Shown here one piece after another: positions 9,637-21,061 of a stretch of 64,000 nt of DNA (its first letter is position 1; the number at the start of each line of letters is the position of its first letter). Under the pieces are notes generated by a model, which had not been told where the DNA came from, searched no databases, and worked only from the letters and a program-made list of their open reading frames with translations. The translations under genes were made by a program, and so were the position numbers. Source of the DNA: an uncultured Pelagibacteraceae bacterium (GTDB taxonomy: Bacteria > Pseudomonadota > Alphaproteobacteria > Pelagibacterales > Pelagibacteraceae); contig CACIOP010000004.1 of assembly GCA_902588315.1 (NCBI GenBank), positions 11,879-75,878 on the forward strand. Reading direction: 5' to 3'.

Positions 9637-10668
9637 ATGAATAAAAAAAAATTTACCTATAAAAAAAGTGGAGTTAATATTAAAGCTGCAGACAAGTTTG
9701 TTGATTTCATTTCTACAGTTTCAGCAAAAAAAAGAGGCAAAAAAAAGTTCTCTAATATAGGAGGTTTTGGTTCAATCACAAATATACCAGGTAATATTAA
9801 ACAACCAAGAGTCGTTGCTTGTACTGATGGTGTGGGAACTAAAATTGAAATTGCTAACACATTAAATAAATTTGATACTATTGGTATTGATCTAGTTGCT
9901 ATGAGTGTAAATGATTTAATTGTTCAAGGAGCTAAACCTTTGCTTTTTTTAGATTATATTTCAATAAATAAAATCGATCTTAAAAAACTTAAAGCAATTA
10001 TAAAAGGAATTAACAATGGCTGCAATCAATCAGAATGTGAACTCGTTGGTGGAGAAACTGCTGAAATGCCAGGAACGTATGAAAAAGGCAAATTTGATAT
10101 CGCAGGTTTTGCTGTAGGAGTTGTAGGAAAAAATAGAATTTTAAATAAAAATAAAATAAAAAAAAATAATTTAATAGTTGCAGTTCCTTCTAGTGGTTTA
10201 CATTCTAATGGATATTCTCTTATAAGATATTTATTAAAACAAAAAAAAATAAATATTAAAAAAAATAAATTTTTAAAATCTGAGCTTCTAAAACCAACTA
10301 AAATATACGTTAAAGAAATAATGAATTTGATAAACAACAACTTAATAAATGGCTGTGCAAATATAACTGGAGGAGGTTTGTCTGATAATATTAAAAGAGT
10401 TATACCAGATAAACTCACTGCACATATAAGTTTAGATAAAATTAAAACTTCTAAAATATTTAATTGGCTTAAAAATAATGGAATTTCTGATAAAGAAATG
10501 CTGAAAACATTTAACTGTGGAGTTGGTTTTTGTCTTATTGTTGAAAGTAAAAATTTTAAAAAAATAAGTAAATTTTTTTCAAAAGAATACAAACCATATG
10601 TTATTGGAAAAATTTTAAACGGTAAAAACAAAGTTAAGTTAAATGGTTCTATCAACTGGTATCAATAG
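9637..10668 (+). CDS. purM: Phosphoribosylformylglycinamidine cyclo-ligase
   Basis: IGGFG, TDGVGTK, GIDLVAMSVND, GGETAEMPG, SSGLHSNGYSL, TFNCGVG. Confidence 0.97.
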   Translation: MNKKKFTYKKSGVNIKAADKFVDFISTVSAKKRGKKKFSNIGGFGSITNIPGNIKQPRVVACTDGVGTKIEIANTLNKFDTIGIDLVAMSVNDLIVQGAKPLLFLDYISINKIDLKKLKAIIKGINNGCNQSECELVGGETAEMPGTYEKGKFDIAGFAVGVVGKNRILNKNKIKKNNLIVAVPSSGLHSNGYSLIRYLLKQKKINIKKNKFLKSELLKPTKIYVKEIMNLINNNLINGCANITGGGLSDNIKRVIPDKLTAHISLDKIKTSKIFNWLKNNGISDKEMLKTFNCGVGFCLIVESKNFKKISKFFSKEYKPYVIGKILNGKNKVKLNGSINWYQ

Positions 10669-11224
10669 AATTAGAACAGCTGTATTTATTTCAGGGACAG
10701 GCAGTAATTTAAAATCTTTAGTTAAATTTTCTAAAACTAGATTATCTCCTATATCAATTAACTTTATTATTTCAAATAACTCTAAGGCAAAGGGTTTAAA
10801 TTATGCCAAAAAATTTAAGATTAAAAAAAAAATTTTAAATTTTAAAAACAAAAAATTAAGTGAAAAAAATCTACTCTCTATTTTAAAAAAAAATAATATT
10901 GAAATGATTTGTCTAGCTGGATTTATGAAAATTTTGTCAAAAAATTTTATAAAAAAATTTAAAGGAAAAATTTTAAATATACATCCTTCTTTACTACCTA
11001 AATATAAAGGATTAAATACTCACCAAAGAGTATTAAATAATAAGGAAAAATACTCAGGATGCACTGTTCATTTTGTAAATGCTAGATTAGACTCGGGTAA
11101 GATTATTCTACAAAAGAAAGTAAAAATTTTAAAAAAAGATACTGAGTCCTCTCTTGCTAAAAAAATTTTAGTTCAAGAGCATAAACTGTACCCAAAAGCT
11201 ATTTTAAAAGTTTTTAATCTTTAA
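10643..11224 (+). CDS. purN: Phosphoribosylglycinamide formyltransferase
   Basis: ISGTGSNL, LAGFMKIL, NIHPSLLPKYKG, GCTVHFV. Confidence 0.96.
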   Translation: MVLSTGINRIRTAVFISGTGSNLKSLVKFSKTRLSPISINFIISNNSKAKGLNYAKKFKIKKKILNFKNKKLSEKNLLSILKKNNIEMICLAGFMKILSKNFIKKFKGKILNIHPSLLPKYKGLNTHQRVLNNKEKYSGCTVHFVNARLDSGKIILQKKVKILKKDTESSLAKKILVQEHKLYPKAILKVFNL

Positions 11225-11624
11225 AGAAAAAATCTATTTCAATTTTAGCATTTTCAACACTATCTGATCCATGCACAGAGTTTTTATCTATAGAAATCCC
11301 ATATTTTTTTCTAATAGTGCCTTCTTTTGCATCTTCTGGATTTGTGGCACCCATTAATTCTCTATTTCCTAAAACTGCGTTATCTTTTTCAAGAACCATC
11401 ACAACAATCGGACCTGATGATAAATAAGCGCATAAATCATTATAAAATGGTTTGGTTTCATGAACTTTATAAAACTTTTCAGCTTCTGATTTTTCAATTT
11501 GGATTTTTTTTTCTTTTAAAATTGTAAAACCTTTAGATTTAAACATTTCTTTAATTTCGTTCTCTATATTTCTCTCCACTGCATCTGGTTTTATAATTGA
11601 TAATGTTTGTTCTAAATTACTCAT
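11214..11624 (-). CDS. ndk: Nucleoside diphosphate kinase
   Basis: TLSIIKPDAV, GATNP, NSVHGSDS. Confidence 0.97.
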   Translation of the reverse strand: MSNLEQTLSIIKPDAVERNIENEIKEMFKSKGFTILKEKKIQIEKSEAEKFYKVHETKPFYNDLCAYLSSGPIVVMVLEKDNAVLGNRELMGATNPEDAKEGTIRKKYGISIDKNSVHGSDSVENAKIEIDFFFKD

Positions 11625-13071
11625 AATTATCCTCTATTAGCTTGTTTAATAATCTTACTCCGTAACCTGTTGCACCACCAGAATTCAATGCCCCTCCATA
11701 TTTAGAAAATGCCATTCCTGCTATATCTAAGTGTGCCCAAGGTGTTTTATTTAAAATAAATCTTTGCAAAAATTGAGCAGCTGTTGTTGAACCTGCTCCA
11801 CCAACATAATTAATATTTTGCATATCTGCATTTTTTGAGTCAATTAATTTGTCAAAATTTTTATTCAAAGGCATTCTCCAAACTTTTTCTTCCACTTTCT
11901 CCCCAGCATTAATTAATTGTTTCGATAAATTTTCATCATTTGAAAATAAACCTGCATATTCAGAACCTAATGATACAATTATAGCTCCAGTTAATGTTGC
12001 TAAATCTACTATAAATTTTGGTTTAAACTTCTCTTCTGTATATGTTAAAGCATCGGCTAAAACCAATCTCCCTTCAGCATCGGTATTTAAAATTTCAACT
12101 GTCTTACCACTGTATGACTTTACAATATCACCTGGTCTCTGTGCATTGCCTCCAGGCATATTTTCTACAAGTCCAACTACGCCAACTGCATTCACTTTTG
12201 CTTTTCTTAAAGCTAAACTTTTCATTAATCCTACTACAACTGCAGAACCAGCCATATCATATGTCATATCTTCCATAAATTTTGCAGGCTTTAAGGATAT
12301 TCCTCCAGTGTCAAAACACACTCCTTTTCCAACAAATGCCAATGGTTTAGTTTTTTTATCTAAACCATTCCATTCCATAGTAACAAGATATGATCCTCTA
12401 ATACTTCCCTGCCCAACACCGAGCAAAGTATTCATTCCAAGTTTTTTTAACTTTTTTTCATCATAAACAGTAACTTTTAATCCATACTTTCTTAAAGAAT
12501 TTAATCGTTTTGCATATTCATCAGGGTGAAGGACATTACCTGGCTCAGAGACCAAATCCCTTGTATAAAAAGTACCTTGTTCAATTGATTTAAATTTTAT
12601 TTGATCTTTAGTAGATGGTTGATTTTTACCAGTTATATTTACTAGAAAAATTTTTTTGTCTTTTTTTGTTTTATATTTCTCAAATGAATAAGATTTTAAT
12701 TTAACTCCATGTGCAAAATAACCTACATAGCTTTTATTTTTACTTGATAAAGTTTCTGAATTAAAATTGAACTCGCTTATTTTTGTATTTTTAAATTGAT
12801 TATAAAAACTTGCACCTAAATTTTCTATATCAGAAATAGTAATATTTTTTTTAATTGAAACTAATATAATTTTCTTTTTTGAGCTTATTTCGAAAGCAAC
12901 AATTTTCTTTTTTTCATCTCTGGTTTTGATCAAATCAGAAATTAAAGCAAATTCTGAGCTTGAAATATGCTTTTTTAATGACGAAATATTGAACTTTTCA
13001 TCAACAAATAAAACCAAATTATAAGGGCTTTTTTTTGGTATTTTATTTTTATAAATAATTTGTACTGTCAT
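11617..13071 (-). CDS. pepA: Leucyl aminopeptidase (M17)
   Basis: VGKGVCFDTGG, DMAGSA, NTDAEGRLVLAD, ATLTGA, WAHLDIAG. Confidence 0.96.
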   Translation of the reverse strand: MTVQIIYKNKIPKKSPYNLVLFVDEKFNISSLKKHISSSEFALISDLIKTRDEKKKIVAFEISSKKKIILVSIKKNITISDIENLGASFYNQFKNTKISEFNFNSETLSSKNKSYVGYFAHGVKLKSYSFEKYKTKKDKKIFLVNITGKNQPSTKDQIKFKSIEQGTFYTRDLVSEPGNVLHPDEYAKRLNSLRKYGLKVTVYDEKKLKKLGMNTLLGVGQGSIRGSYLVTMEWNGLDKKTKPLAFVGKGVCFDTGGISLKPAKFMEDMTYDMAGSAVVVGLMKSLALRKAKVNAVGVVGLVENMPGGNAQRPGDIVKSYSGKTVEILNTDAEGRLVLADALTYTEEKFKPKFIVDLATLTGAIIVSLGSEYAGLFSNDENLSKQLINAGEKVEEKVWRMPLNKNFDKLIDSKNADMQNINYVGGAGSTTAAQFLQRFILNKTPWAHLDIAGMAFSKYGGALNSGGATGYGVRLLNKLIEDNYE

Positions 13072-13130
13072 ATATTTTAATACAATCTCTAGTAGATGAT
13101 GCTATATATGAATAAAAACAGTATATTTCA

Positions 13131-14270
13131 ATGAAAAAAATTTTATTTAGAAAACTATTAGTTGATTATTTAACCTTTTTTTTTATAGCTCTTTTTAGTT
13201 CTAGTATAATTATTTGGGTTTTCCAGGCAGTCAATTTTCTTGATATAATGATTGAGGATGGAAGAGACTATTTAATTTATATTAATTACTCAATTTTACA
13301 TTTTCCAAAAACTTTAAGTAAACTATTTCCATTTGTTTTATTTTTCACATTATTTTATGTAACAATAAAATATGAAATGAACAATGAGTTAATAATTTAT
13401 TGGAACTTTGGAGTACACAAAATTGAAATAATAAATTTTATATTTAAGGTATCTATAATTATGACATTGTTTCAATTAATTTTAACAATGTTAATTGTTC
13501 CTAAATCTCAAGATCTATCTAGGTCATTTTTAAGAAATTCAACAATAAACTTTTATGGAAATTTTATTAAACCACAAAGATTTAATGATACAATTTCAGG
13601 AGTGACAATTTTTAGTGAAAAAAAAGATGCCGATGGAAATCTCTATAATATTTATGTTAAGAAAGAAATTAATAAAGATGAATTTCAAATAACTTATGCC
13701 AAGAAAGGATTTTTCAAAGATATAAAAAAAAATCCTTATTTAGTATTAATTGATGGTGAAACAATTTCTGGAAAAGAAAATAATATTACAAATTTAAGAT
13801 TTTCAAAATCTGACTTTTCATTGCAAAATATGGATGCAAACACAACAACCTATAAAAAAACACAAGAAATATCATCACATAATCTACTAATATGCTTGAA
13901 AGATGTTTTTGAATCTAAAATCAATATTAATTTTTTTCACGAGAACATTGAAAATTGTTCTTCAACAAATTTCAGATCATTAATTAAAGAATTTTATAAA
14001 AGATTAATCATACCCTTTTATATTCCGATTCTTATGCTTGTGCCACTTATTCTAATAACTTCATCAAAAGAAAATTCAAAATATTCTAAATTAAGATTTT
14101 CAACATTTTTAATTGGAATATTTTTAATTATATTTTCTGAGACAACAATAAGATTTATTTCGGAGGATATGGCTAGAAACTTAATTATTTTTTCGATGCC
14201 TATTTTAATTTTAATTTCTTTATATATGATTTTTATATCCAAGTTTAATTTTAAGAAAAAATTAATATGA
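13131..14270 (+). CDS. lptF: LPS export ABC transporter permease LptF
   Basis: Three TM + periplasmic domain + three TM; NNEL motif; divergent from pepA, first gene of lptFGD. Confidence 0.85.
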   Translation: MKKILFRKLLVDYLTFFFIALFSSSIIIWVFQAVNFLDIMIEDGRDYLIYINYSILHFPKTLSKLFPFVLFFTLFYVTIKYEMNNELIIYWNFGVHKIEIINFIFKVSIIMTLFQLILTMLIVPKSQDLSRSFLRNSTINFYGNFIKPQRFNDTISGVTIFSEKKDADGNLYNIYVKKEINKDEFQITYAKKGFFKDIKKNPYLVLIDGETISGKENNITNLRFSKSDFSLQNMDANTTTYKKTQEISSHNLLICLKDVFESKININFFHENIENCSSTNFRSLIKEFYKRLIIPFYIPILMLVPLILITSSKENSKYSKLRFSTFLIGIFLIIFSETTIRFISEDMARNLIIFSMPILILISLYMIFISKFNFKKKLI

Positions 14271-15340
14271 AAACATACATAAAATTTTTGACAATTATTT
14301 TTTATAAATCATTACTATTTGTATCTACAATAATGTTTAGCTTGGTATTTATTTTAAATTTATTATCCGAATTAGAATTTTTTAAAGATTTAAATGTAAA
14401 TAATTTTTTTTTAATTTTTTTATCTTTTTTAAATTCCCCAGATATGATTTTTCAAATGTTTCCATTTATTTTTTTATTAACTACTCAATTATTTTTTATA
14501 AAACTTTTTAACAACAACGAAATTGAAATTTTCAAATATTCAGGGTTAAAAAACTCAAAAATTCTAATTATCATTAGTTTACTTTCAATTATCACAGGAA
14601 TATTAATTTCTATTTTATTTTATAATTTGTCTTCTAATTTAAAAAATTTATACCTTGAATTGAAGTCTCCATATGCAACAGATGGAAAATATTTGGCAGT
14701 CATAACTAAAAATGGATTGTGGATAAAAGATGAAATAAATGACAAAATAATAATTACAAACTCATCTGAGATAAATAACACCTTTTTAATAAACAATTTC
14801 ATTACTGAATTTGACAAAAATTATAGCGTTTTAAGAAATTTGAAGAGTGAAAAAATAGATATATCTACAAATGAATGGGAAGTTTTAAACGTAAAAATTT
14901 TTAAAAATAATGATTATGAAATAAAAGATTTAATAAAAATAAAAACAAATTTTGACTATAAACGAATAAATTCTTTGTATTCAGATTTATCATCTTTAAA
15001 TATGCTTCAACTTTACGAGCTAAGAAATAATTATAAAAAATTAAATTACTCTCTCACAGAAATTGATTTACAATTCTTAAAATTGTTATCATTTCCTTTA
15101 TTCTTGTTATTAATAACAATATTTTCATCTTTACTTATGTTTAGAGTAAAAAGATACAGTAGTTCAACATTTCAGATATCTTTAGGATTATTTTTATCTG
15201 TAATTATATATTATGCTAATAATTTCTTTTATGTATTGGGTAGTACAGAAAAATTATCTTTAATGACCTCAGTATTTACTCCTTTGCTAGCTTTAATAAT
15301 AATAAATTCACTTATGCTTAATAGAATAAATGAAAAATAA
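14267..15340 (+). CDS. lptG: LPS export ABC transporter permease LptG
   Basis: Same topology, NNEIEIFKYSG, GLWIKD; follows lptF. Confidence 0.85.
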   Translation: MKTYIKFLTIIFYKSLLFVSTIMFSLVFILNLLSELEFFKDLNVNNFFLIFLSFLNSPDMIFQMFPFIFLLTTQLFFIKLFNNNEIEIFKYSGLKNSKILIIISLLSIITGILISILFYNLSSNLKNLYLELKSPYATDGKYLAVITKNGLWIKDEINDKIIITNSSEINNTFLINNFITEFDKNYSVLRNLKSEKIDISTNEWEVLNVKIFKNNDYEIKDLIKIKTNFDYKRINSLYSDLSSLNMLQLYELRNNYKKLNYSLTEIDLQFLKLLSFPLFLLLITIFSSLLMFRVKRYSSSTFQISLGLFLSVIIYYANNFFYVLGSTEKLSLMTSVFTPLLALIIINSLMLNRINEK

Positions 15341-17762
15341 TTACCTCTATATAATTCTCTTTTTTTTAATAAGTAATTTCATTTGCTTGAAAGCCATTAG
15401 TGAAGAGCAATTTAACTTTGATGTTACAGAAATAGAAATATTAGAAAAAGGAAATATAATTAAAGGTATTAAAAAAGGAACTGTTACCACAAATGATGGT
15501 ATATTGATTAGTGCCAATCAATTTGAATATGATAAAAGAAAAAATACTCTTAAAGCCAGTGGTAATGTCAAGTTTGAAGATACAGAAAAAAATTATTTAA
15601 TTTTTTCAGATGAAATAAATTATTTTAAAAATATTGAGAAGCTAAATACTATTGGAGAAAGTATTTTTTTTATAAATCAAAAATACGAAATACAATCTAA
15701 AAATGTTATTTTTTTTGAGGAAAAAGGAATAATAAATTCATCAGAAAAAACCAGGATAAAAGATAATAAATCTAACGTCTATATCTTGGATAAATTTAAT
15801 TATGAAATCAAAAATGAATTATTAAAAGGTGAAAATATAATAATAATTTCTAATTATGGCCTCCCTAAAAGTGATCAATTATTTTTGTCAAATGCAATGA
15901 TAAATTTAAAGAATAAAGAATTTAAAGCAAAAGATACTGAGTTTAAAATTCATAAAGATGTTTTTAATAATAGTAATAATGACCCAAGATTAATTGGCAT
16001 TTCTTCGTCTGGAGATGAAAATATAAAAGTTATAAATAAAGGGATTTTTACAAGTTGTAGAAAAACCGACAAATGTCCGCCATGGTCACTTGAAGCAGAA
16101 AAAATAACTCATGATAAGAATAAAAAACAAATACTTTATAACAATGCGAAATTGAGGGTATATGACATCCCAATTTTATACTTTCCAAAATTCTTTCATC
16201 CTGACCCGACAGTAGAAAGACAATCGGGTCTATTAAAACCTCAAATAAATAATTCAAATATTTTGGGAAATTCAGTTAGTATTCCTTATTATAACGTAAT
16301 TTCAGATAATAAAGATTTAACGTTTACAACTCACGTTTTTGAAAACAATCTTAGAATGATTGAAAATGAATATAGACAGGTTAGTAAAAACTCTGATTTT
16401 CAATTAAATTTTGGATTTGTTAATGGATACAAATCATCTTTAGATTCAAAAAAGAAAAATATTTTTAATTTTTTTTCAAAATATAAACAAAAACTTAACT
16501 TAGAAAAATTTACTTCAAGTGATTTAATCATCTCGATTGAAAGAGTCACAAATGATACCTTTCTAAAAGTATTTGACCAAAACATACAAGATAGTGGTTT
16601 AAAACCAAAAAATTCTAATATTTTAGAAAGTAAAGCGGAATTATTTTTAAATCATGAAAATTATAATTTTGATACAGGATTAATTGTTTATGAGAATTTA
16701 CAAAAAAAAAGTAGTGATAGGTACCAATATGTATTACCATATTATAATTATAACAAAATATTTTCTGAAAATATTTTTTATGGAAGCTTAAATGTCTCCT
16801 CGACAGGAAATAATAATTTAATTGATACTAATGTCCTACAGTCAACTGTTACCAACGATTTAAATTATGTGAGTAATGATTTTATCTTAAACATAGGTTT
16901 TAAAAATAATTTTGAAATTGATGTAAAAAATCTAAATTCAATTGGTAGAAATAGTTCACAATATAAATCTAGTCCCCAAGTGGAACTAATGAGTATAATA
17001 AGTTTTAACTCAAGCCTTCCTTTAATTAAAAAACAACAAAGTTATAATAATTATCTCACACCTAAGTTATCTTTAAAGATCAATCCAAGTGATATGAAAA
17101 ATTATAAAGAAACTGAAAAAAATATTAACGTAAATAATATTTTTAATAATAATAGATTGTCACTATCAGACTCATTAGAGTCTGGAAAATCTTTATCTGT
17201 TGGTGTCGATTATAAAAAAGAAAATGCTAAAAATTCAAATAATTACATGGAAATAAACTTGGCAAAAATTTTTAGAGACCAAGAAGAAACTTTTATTCCG
17301 CAAAATACTACAATCAACAAAAAAGAATCGAATTTATTTGGTTCCATTAAAACAAGTTTTGATGAGTTATTAAAATTTGAGTACAATTTTGCTTTGGATA
17401 AGAATTATAAAAATACTGAATATAATGAACTAAATACATCTATAAATTTTAAAAATCTGAAATCAGAGTTTAATTTTATTAAAGAGAGTGGAATAATGGG
17501 TGATGATAATATCTTTGAAAATTCAACTAAATATGAATTAAATGAGGATAATTCTATAAGTTTTAATACTAGAAGAAATAGAAAACTTAATTTAACAGAA
17601 TATTACAATTTAGTTTATGAATATAAAAATGATTGTTTGACTGCAGGTATCAAATACAACAAAACATTTTATGAAGATAGAGAACTTAAACCATCAGAAA
17701 ATTTATTCTTTTCTTTAACTTTAATACCACTAGCTGAATATGAGCAAAAAGTTTCAAACTAA
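15330..17762 (+). CDS. lptD: LPS-assembly protein LptD (OstA)
   Basis: FTSC..CPPWSLEA, PILYFPKFFHPDP..RQSGLL, YEYKNDCL; 810 aa. Confidence 0.92.
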   Translation: MKNNYLYIILFFLISNFICLKAISEEQFNFDVTEIEILEKGNIIKGIKKGTVTTNDGILISANQFEYDKRKNTLKASGNVKFEDTEKNYLIFSDEINYFKNIEKLNTIGESIFFINQKYEIQSKNVIFFEEKGIINSSEKTRIKDNKSNVYILDKFNYEIKNELLKGENIIIISNYGLPKSDQLFLSNAMINLKNKEFKAKDTEFKIHKDVFNNSNNDPRLIGISSSGDENIKVINKGIFTSCRKTDKCPPWSLEAEKITHDKNKKQILYNNAKLRVYDIPILYFPKFFHPDPTVERQSGLLKPQINNSNILGNSVSIPYYNVISDNKDLTFTTHVFENNLRMIENEYRQVSKNSDFQLNFGFVNGYKSSLDSKKKNIFNFFSKYKQKLNLEKFTSSDLIISIERVTNDTFLKVFDQNIQDSGLKPKNSNILESKAELFLNHENYNFDTGLIVYENLQKKSSDRYQYVLPYYNYNKIFSENIFYGSLNVSSTGNNNLIDTNVLQSTVTNDLNYVSNDFILNIGFKNNFEIDVKNLNSIGRNSSQYKSSPQVELMSIISFNSSLPLIKKQQSYNNYLTPKLSLKINPSDMKNYKETEKNINVNNIFNNNRLSLSDSLESGKSLSVGVDYKKENAKNSNNYMEINLAKIFRDQEETFIPQNTTINKKESNLFGSIKTSFDELLKFEYNFALDKNYKNTEYNELNTSINFKNLKSEFNFIKESGIMGDDNIFENSTKYELNEDNSISFNTRRNRKLNLTEYYNLVYEYKNDCLTAGIKYNKTFYEDRELKPSENLFFSLTLIPLAEYEQKVSN

Positions 17763-18696
17763 AAAGATTTTTAAATTTACGAAATTTATATTATTACTAT
17801 TTTTTTTTGCATATTTTATTGGTTTTCCTGCAAAAGCTTTGGAGAACAAAATAGAAATAAAAATCAATAACAAAATCATAACATCTATTGATATTTTAAA
17901 TGAAATAAAAATTCTTAAACTTATTAACAAAAATCTAAAAAATTTTCCAAATAAAGAAATAAGAGAAATTGCAAAAAAATCATTAATTAAAAACACAATT
18001 CAAGAAATTGAATTACTAAATTATTATAAGAATTTTGATATACCTGAAGAGAATTACAAGCCCTATCTTGATACATACATTAAAAAATTAGGATTTAATT
18101 CTTTTTTAGATTTTCAGGCATACAACAAGGCCAACGAAATTGATGATAATCAAATAAAAAAAAAAATTATAATAGAGTTGTTATGGAGACAACTTATCTA
18201 TGAAAAATATTTTAAAAATGTGAAAATAGATGAAAAATCAATAAAAAAAGAGATTTTAAAAAATGAATTTCAAAATGAGTACTTATTATCCGAGCTAGTA
18301 TTTAATATAGAGAAAAAAAAAGATTATACTAAAAAATTAAATTTAATTAAAAAAGATATTGAGATAAAAGGTTTTGAAAATGCTGCTATAACTCACAGTG
18401 TGTCTGAAACATCAAGCAATGGTGGTTACTTGGGATGGATTAAAGAAACATCTTTGTCTCCTAAAGTAAAAAGCATGTTAAGTAATACTAAATTAAATAG
18501 AACAACTGAACCACTACAAATACCTGGTGGTTTTTTAATACTTAAAATTTTAGAAATACGTAAAATAAAAAATGACATTAATTTAGAAAAAGAAATCAAA
18601 CAATCAATTAGACAAAAAACAAATGAACAACTTGGCCAATATTCAAATATATATTTAAATAAAATAAAAAAAGATATTAAAATAAATGTACTCTAA
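17740..18696 (+). CDS. surA: SurA-like periplasmic chaperone/peptidyl-prolyl isomerase
   Basis: Signal peptide, INNKIITSIDI, parvulin motif HS..SNGGYLGW; lptD-surA-pdxA-rsmA order. Confidence 0.85.
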   Translation: MSKKFQTKKIFKFTKFILLLFFFAYFIGFPAKALENKIEIKINNKIITSIDILNEIKILKLINKNLKNFPNKEIREIAKKSLIKNTIQEIELLNYYKNFDIPEENYKPYLDTYIKKLGFNSFLDFQAYNKANEIDDNQIKKKIIIELLWRQLIYEKYFKNVKIDEKSIKKEILKNEFQNEYLLSELVFNIEKKKDYTKKLNLIKKDIEIKGFENAAITHSVSETSSNGGYLGWIKETSLSPKVKSMLSNTKLNRTTEPLQIPGGFLILKILEIRKIKNDINLEKEIKQSIRQKTNEQLGQYSNIYLNKIKKDIKINVL

Positions 18697-19651
18697 ACCA
18701 ATATTAATAATAGCTGGTGAACCAAAAAGTATTTTTTTAGAAATCTTTTTTAAAACTTTAAAATTAAAAAACTTTAAAACACCTCTAATACTTATTTGCT
18801 CAAAAAAGTTATTAATTTCTCAAATGAGGAAGTTGAAATTTAAAATGAATATTTTAGATTTAGATCTTAATAAATTAGATGCTTATAAATTAAACAATCA
18901 ATCTATAAATATCATAGATATAAATTTAAATTCAAACAACTTAAATATAATTAAACCTATTATTTCTAATTCATATATTCAAAATTCATTTGATGTGGCA
19001 TTTAAACTAATTAAAAAAAAATTTACATATAAATTGATTAATGGACCTATTTCAAAAAAAACCTTTTTAAATGGAAAATTTCCTGGTGTTACTGAAATGC
19101 TTGGAAAAAAATTTAAAACAGAAAAAATTGCTATGCTTATATACAACAAGAAACTCTCAGTTTGCCCTATCACAACACATTTACCATTAAAATTAGTGAG
19201 CAAAAAATTAAGTAAAAATTTAATAATTGAAAAAATTATTTTAGTTAATAATTTTTATAAAAAAATGTTTAAATATAAACCTAAAATTGCTGTTTTGGGC
19301 CTTAACCCTCATTGTGAATCTTTCAATAAAATTAGAGAAGATGAAATTATTATAAAGCCAGCTATAAATAAATTGAAGAAATTAAGATATAATGTAAGTG
19401 GACCTTTTTCTGCTGATACGATGTTTATTAAACAAAATAGAATGAGTTATGATGTGATTGTTGGAATGTATCATGATCAAGTTCTTACACCAATCAAAAC
19501 TTTGTTTGAATATGATGCTATAAATATTACAATTGGACTCCCTTTTATAAGAATTTCACCTGACCACGGACCAAATACAATTATGTATGGAAAAAATATG
19601 TCAAATCCATCTAGTTTACTAAGTGCAATAAATTTTTTAAATAAAAATTGA
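18686..19651 (+). CDS. pdxA: 4-hydroxythreonine-4-phosphate dehydrogenase
   Basis: TTHLPL, LNPHCE, MYHDQ, GLPFIRISPDHG. Confidence 0.94.
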   Translation: MYSKPILIIAGEPKSIFLEIFFKTLKLKNFKTPLILICSKKLLISQMRKLKFKMNILDLDLNKLDAYKLNNQSINIIDINLNSNNLNIIKPIISNSYIQNSFDVAFKLIKKKFTYKLINGPISKKTFLNGKFPGVTEMLGKKFKTEKIAMLIYNKKLSVCPITTHLPLKLVSKKLSKNLIIEKIILVNNFYKKMFKYKPKIAVLGLNPHCESFNKIREDEIIIKPAINKLKKLRYNVSGPFSADTMFIKQNRMSYDVIVGMYHDQVLTPIKTLFEYDAINITIGLPFIRISPDHGPNTIMYGKNMSNPSSLLSAINFLNKN

Positions 19652-20433
19652 TAAAAGCAAAAAAAAGTCTGGGTCAAAATTTTTTAATAGATAAAAATAT
19701 TCTTGAAAAAATTTCTAATATAACAATCATCAAAAACAAAAACATCTTGGAAATTGGTCCAGGCACTGGAAATCTAACTTCGTATATACTTAAAAAAAAT
19801 CCAAAAAAATTAATTGTAATTGAAAAAGATAATGAATTATCAATTAATCTAGAAAACAAATTCAAAGATAAGCTAACAATCTTAAATGATGACATTCTAA
19901 AAATAGAAGAAGCAAATCTTTTTAAAGATAATGTAACAGTATTCGGTAATTTACCTTATAATATTTCAACTGAAATTCTAAGCAAATGGATAGTTAATCT
20001 AAAAGATAATTTTTGGTTTGAGGTTCTGGTTTTAATGTTTCAGAAAGAAGTTGCTGACAGAATAATTGCTGAATTTAATACCCCAAATTACGGAAGATTA
20101 TCAATTATTTGTAATTGGAAACTTAATATAAAAAAAATATGTGATATTGGACCAGAGGCATTCTTTCCTAAACCAAAAATAGATAGCTCATTATTATGTT
20201 TCTATCCTAAAAAAAATTTTATCAAAATTAAGGACCCAAATAACTTAGAAAAAATCACGAGAATTTTTTTTAATCAAAGAAGAAAGATGTTAAAAAAACC
20301 TTTTAATCAACTTTTTAATGGAAATAAAAAAATTTTAGATAAACTAAAAATTGATTTAACTATGAGGCCACAAAATATAGATTTAGAGACTTACTATCAA
20401 CTTGCTTGTGAATATGAGAATTTAAGAAGTTAA
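19648..20433 (+). CDS. rsmA: 16S rRNA adenine dimethyltransferase
   Basis: [31 protein letters not shown]; TTG start overlapping the pdxA stop. Confidence 0.96.
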   Translation: MIKAKKSLGQNFLIDKNILEKISNITIIKNKNILEIGPGTGNLTSYILKKNPKKLIVIEKDNELSINLENKFKDKLTILNDDILKIEEANLFKDNVTVFGNLPYNISTEILSKWIVNLKDNFWFEVLVLMFQKEVADRIIAEFNTPNYGRLSIICNWKLNIKKICDIGPEAFFPKPKIDSSLLCFYPKKNFIKIKDPNNLEKITRIFFNQRRKMLKKPFNQLFNGNKKILDKLKIDLTMRPQNIDLETYYQLACEYENLRS

Positions 20434-21054
20434 CTTATCAATATGACTTCTGATGTAATTTATATCATAATCTTTTGAGCCATTATTTATTACAGCATCT
20501 ATCAAATTTGTAATTTTATTATGACATTCGTTTAAATCATTATTTATAACCACATAATCATAGTTTATCCAATGTAATACATCTCTTTCAAATTGATTCA
20601 TTCTTTCTTCAGCGATTAATTGGTCGTTTGAATGTCTTTTAGATAATCTTTCAAACAAAATCTCTTTGCTAGGGGGAAGTATAAAAAAAGTAATTAATTT
20701 ATAATCTAATTTTTTATTCTTGATTTGATCTGCTCCTTGCCAATCAATGTCAAAAAGAACGTTTTTTTTTTTATTCAACTTGTCTATAACTGGTGTTCTT
20801 GTTGTTCCATAAAAGTTATTAAACACTTTTGCGTATTCAAGAAACTCTTCATTCTTGATTAATCTTTTAAATTCTGACTCATCAACAAAATAATAATCTT
20901 CGTTTTGGTTCTCGTTTGGTCTGGGTTTCCTAGTTGTATGAGAAATAGATATTTCAAAATTATTTTTTTCAGATAATTTTTTAACCAAAGTAGTTTTTCC
21001 GGCTCCTGAAGGAGAGGATAAAATTATCATCACTCCATCTTTTTCTGATGGCAT
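20422..21054 (-). CDS. gmk: Guanylate kinase
   Basis: [29 protein letters not shown]. Confidence 0.96.
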   Translation of the reverse strand: MPSEKDGVMIILSSPSGAGKTTLVKKLSEKNNFEISISHTTRKPRPNENQNEDYYFVDESEFKRLIKNEEFLEYAKVFNNFYGTTRTPVIDKLNKKKNVLFDIDWQGADQIKNKKLDYKLITFFILPPSKEILFERLSKRHSNDQLIAEERMNQFERDVLHWINYDYVVINNDLNECHNKITNLIDAVINNGSKDYDINYIRSHIDKLTS

Positions 21055-21061
21055 TGAAATT

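Noticed and set aside
10026-10655. 209-aa antisense ORF over purM
   Set aside because: Shadow frame of a conserved gene, non-ATG start, no motif.
11849-12466. 205-aa antisense ORF over pepA, and the many 60-125 aa nested ORFs in the track
   Set aside because: Fully inside well-supported genes, with antisense-codon composition and no RBS or motif support.
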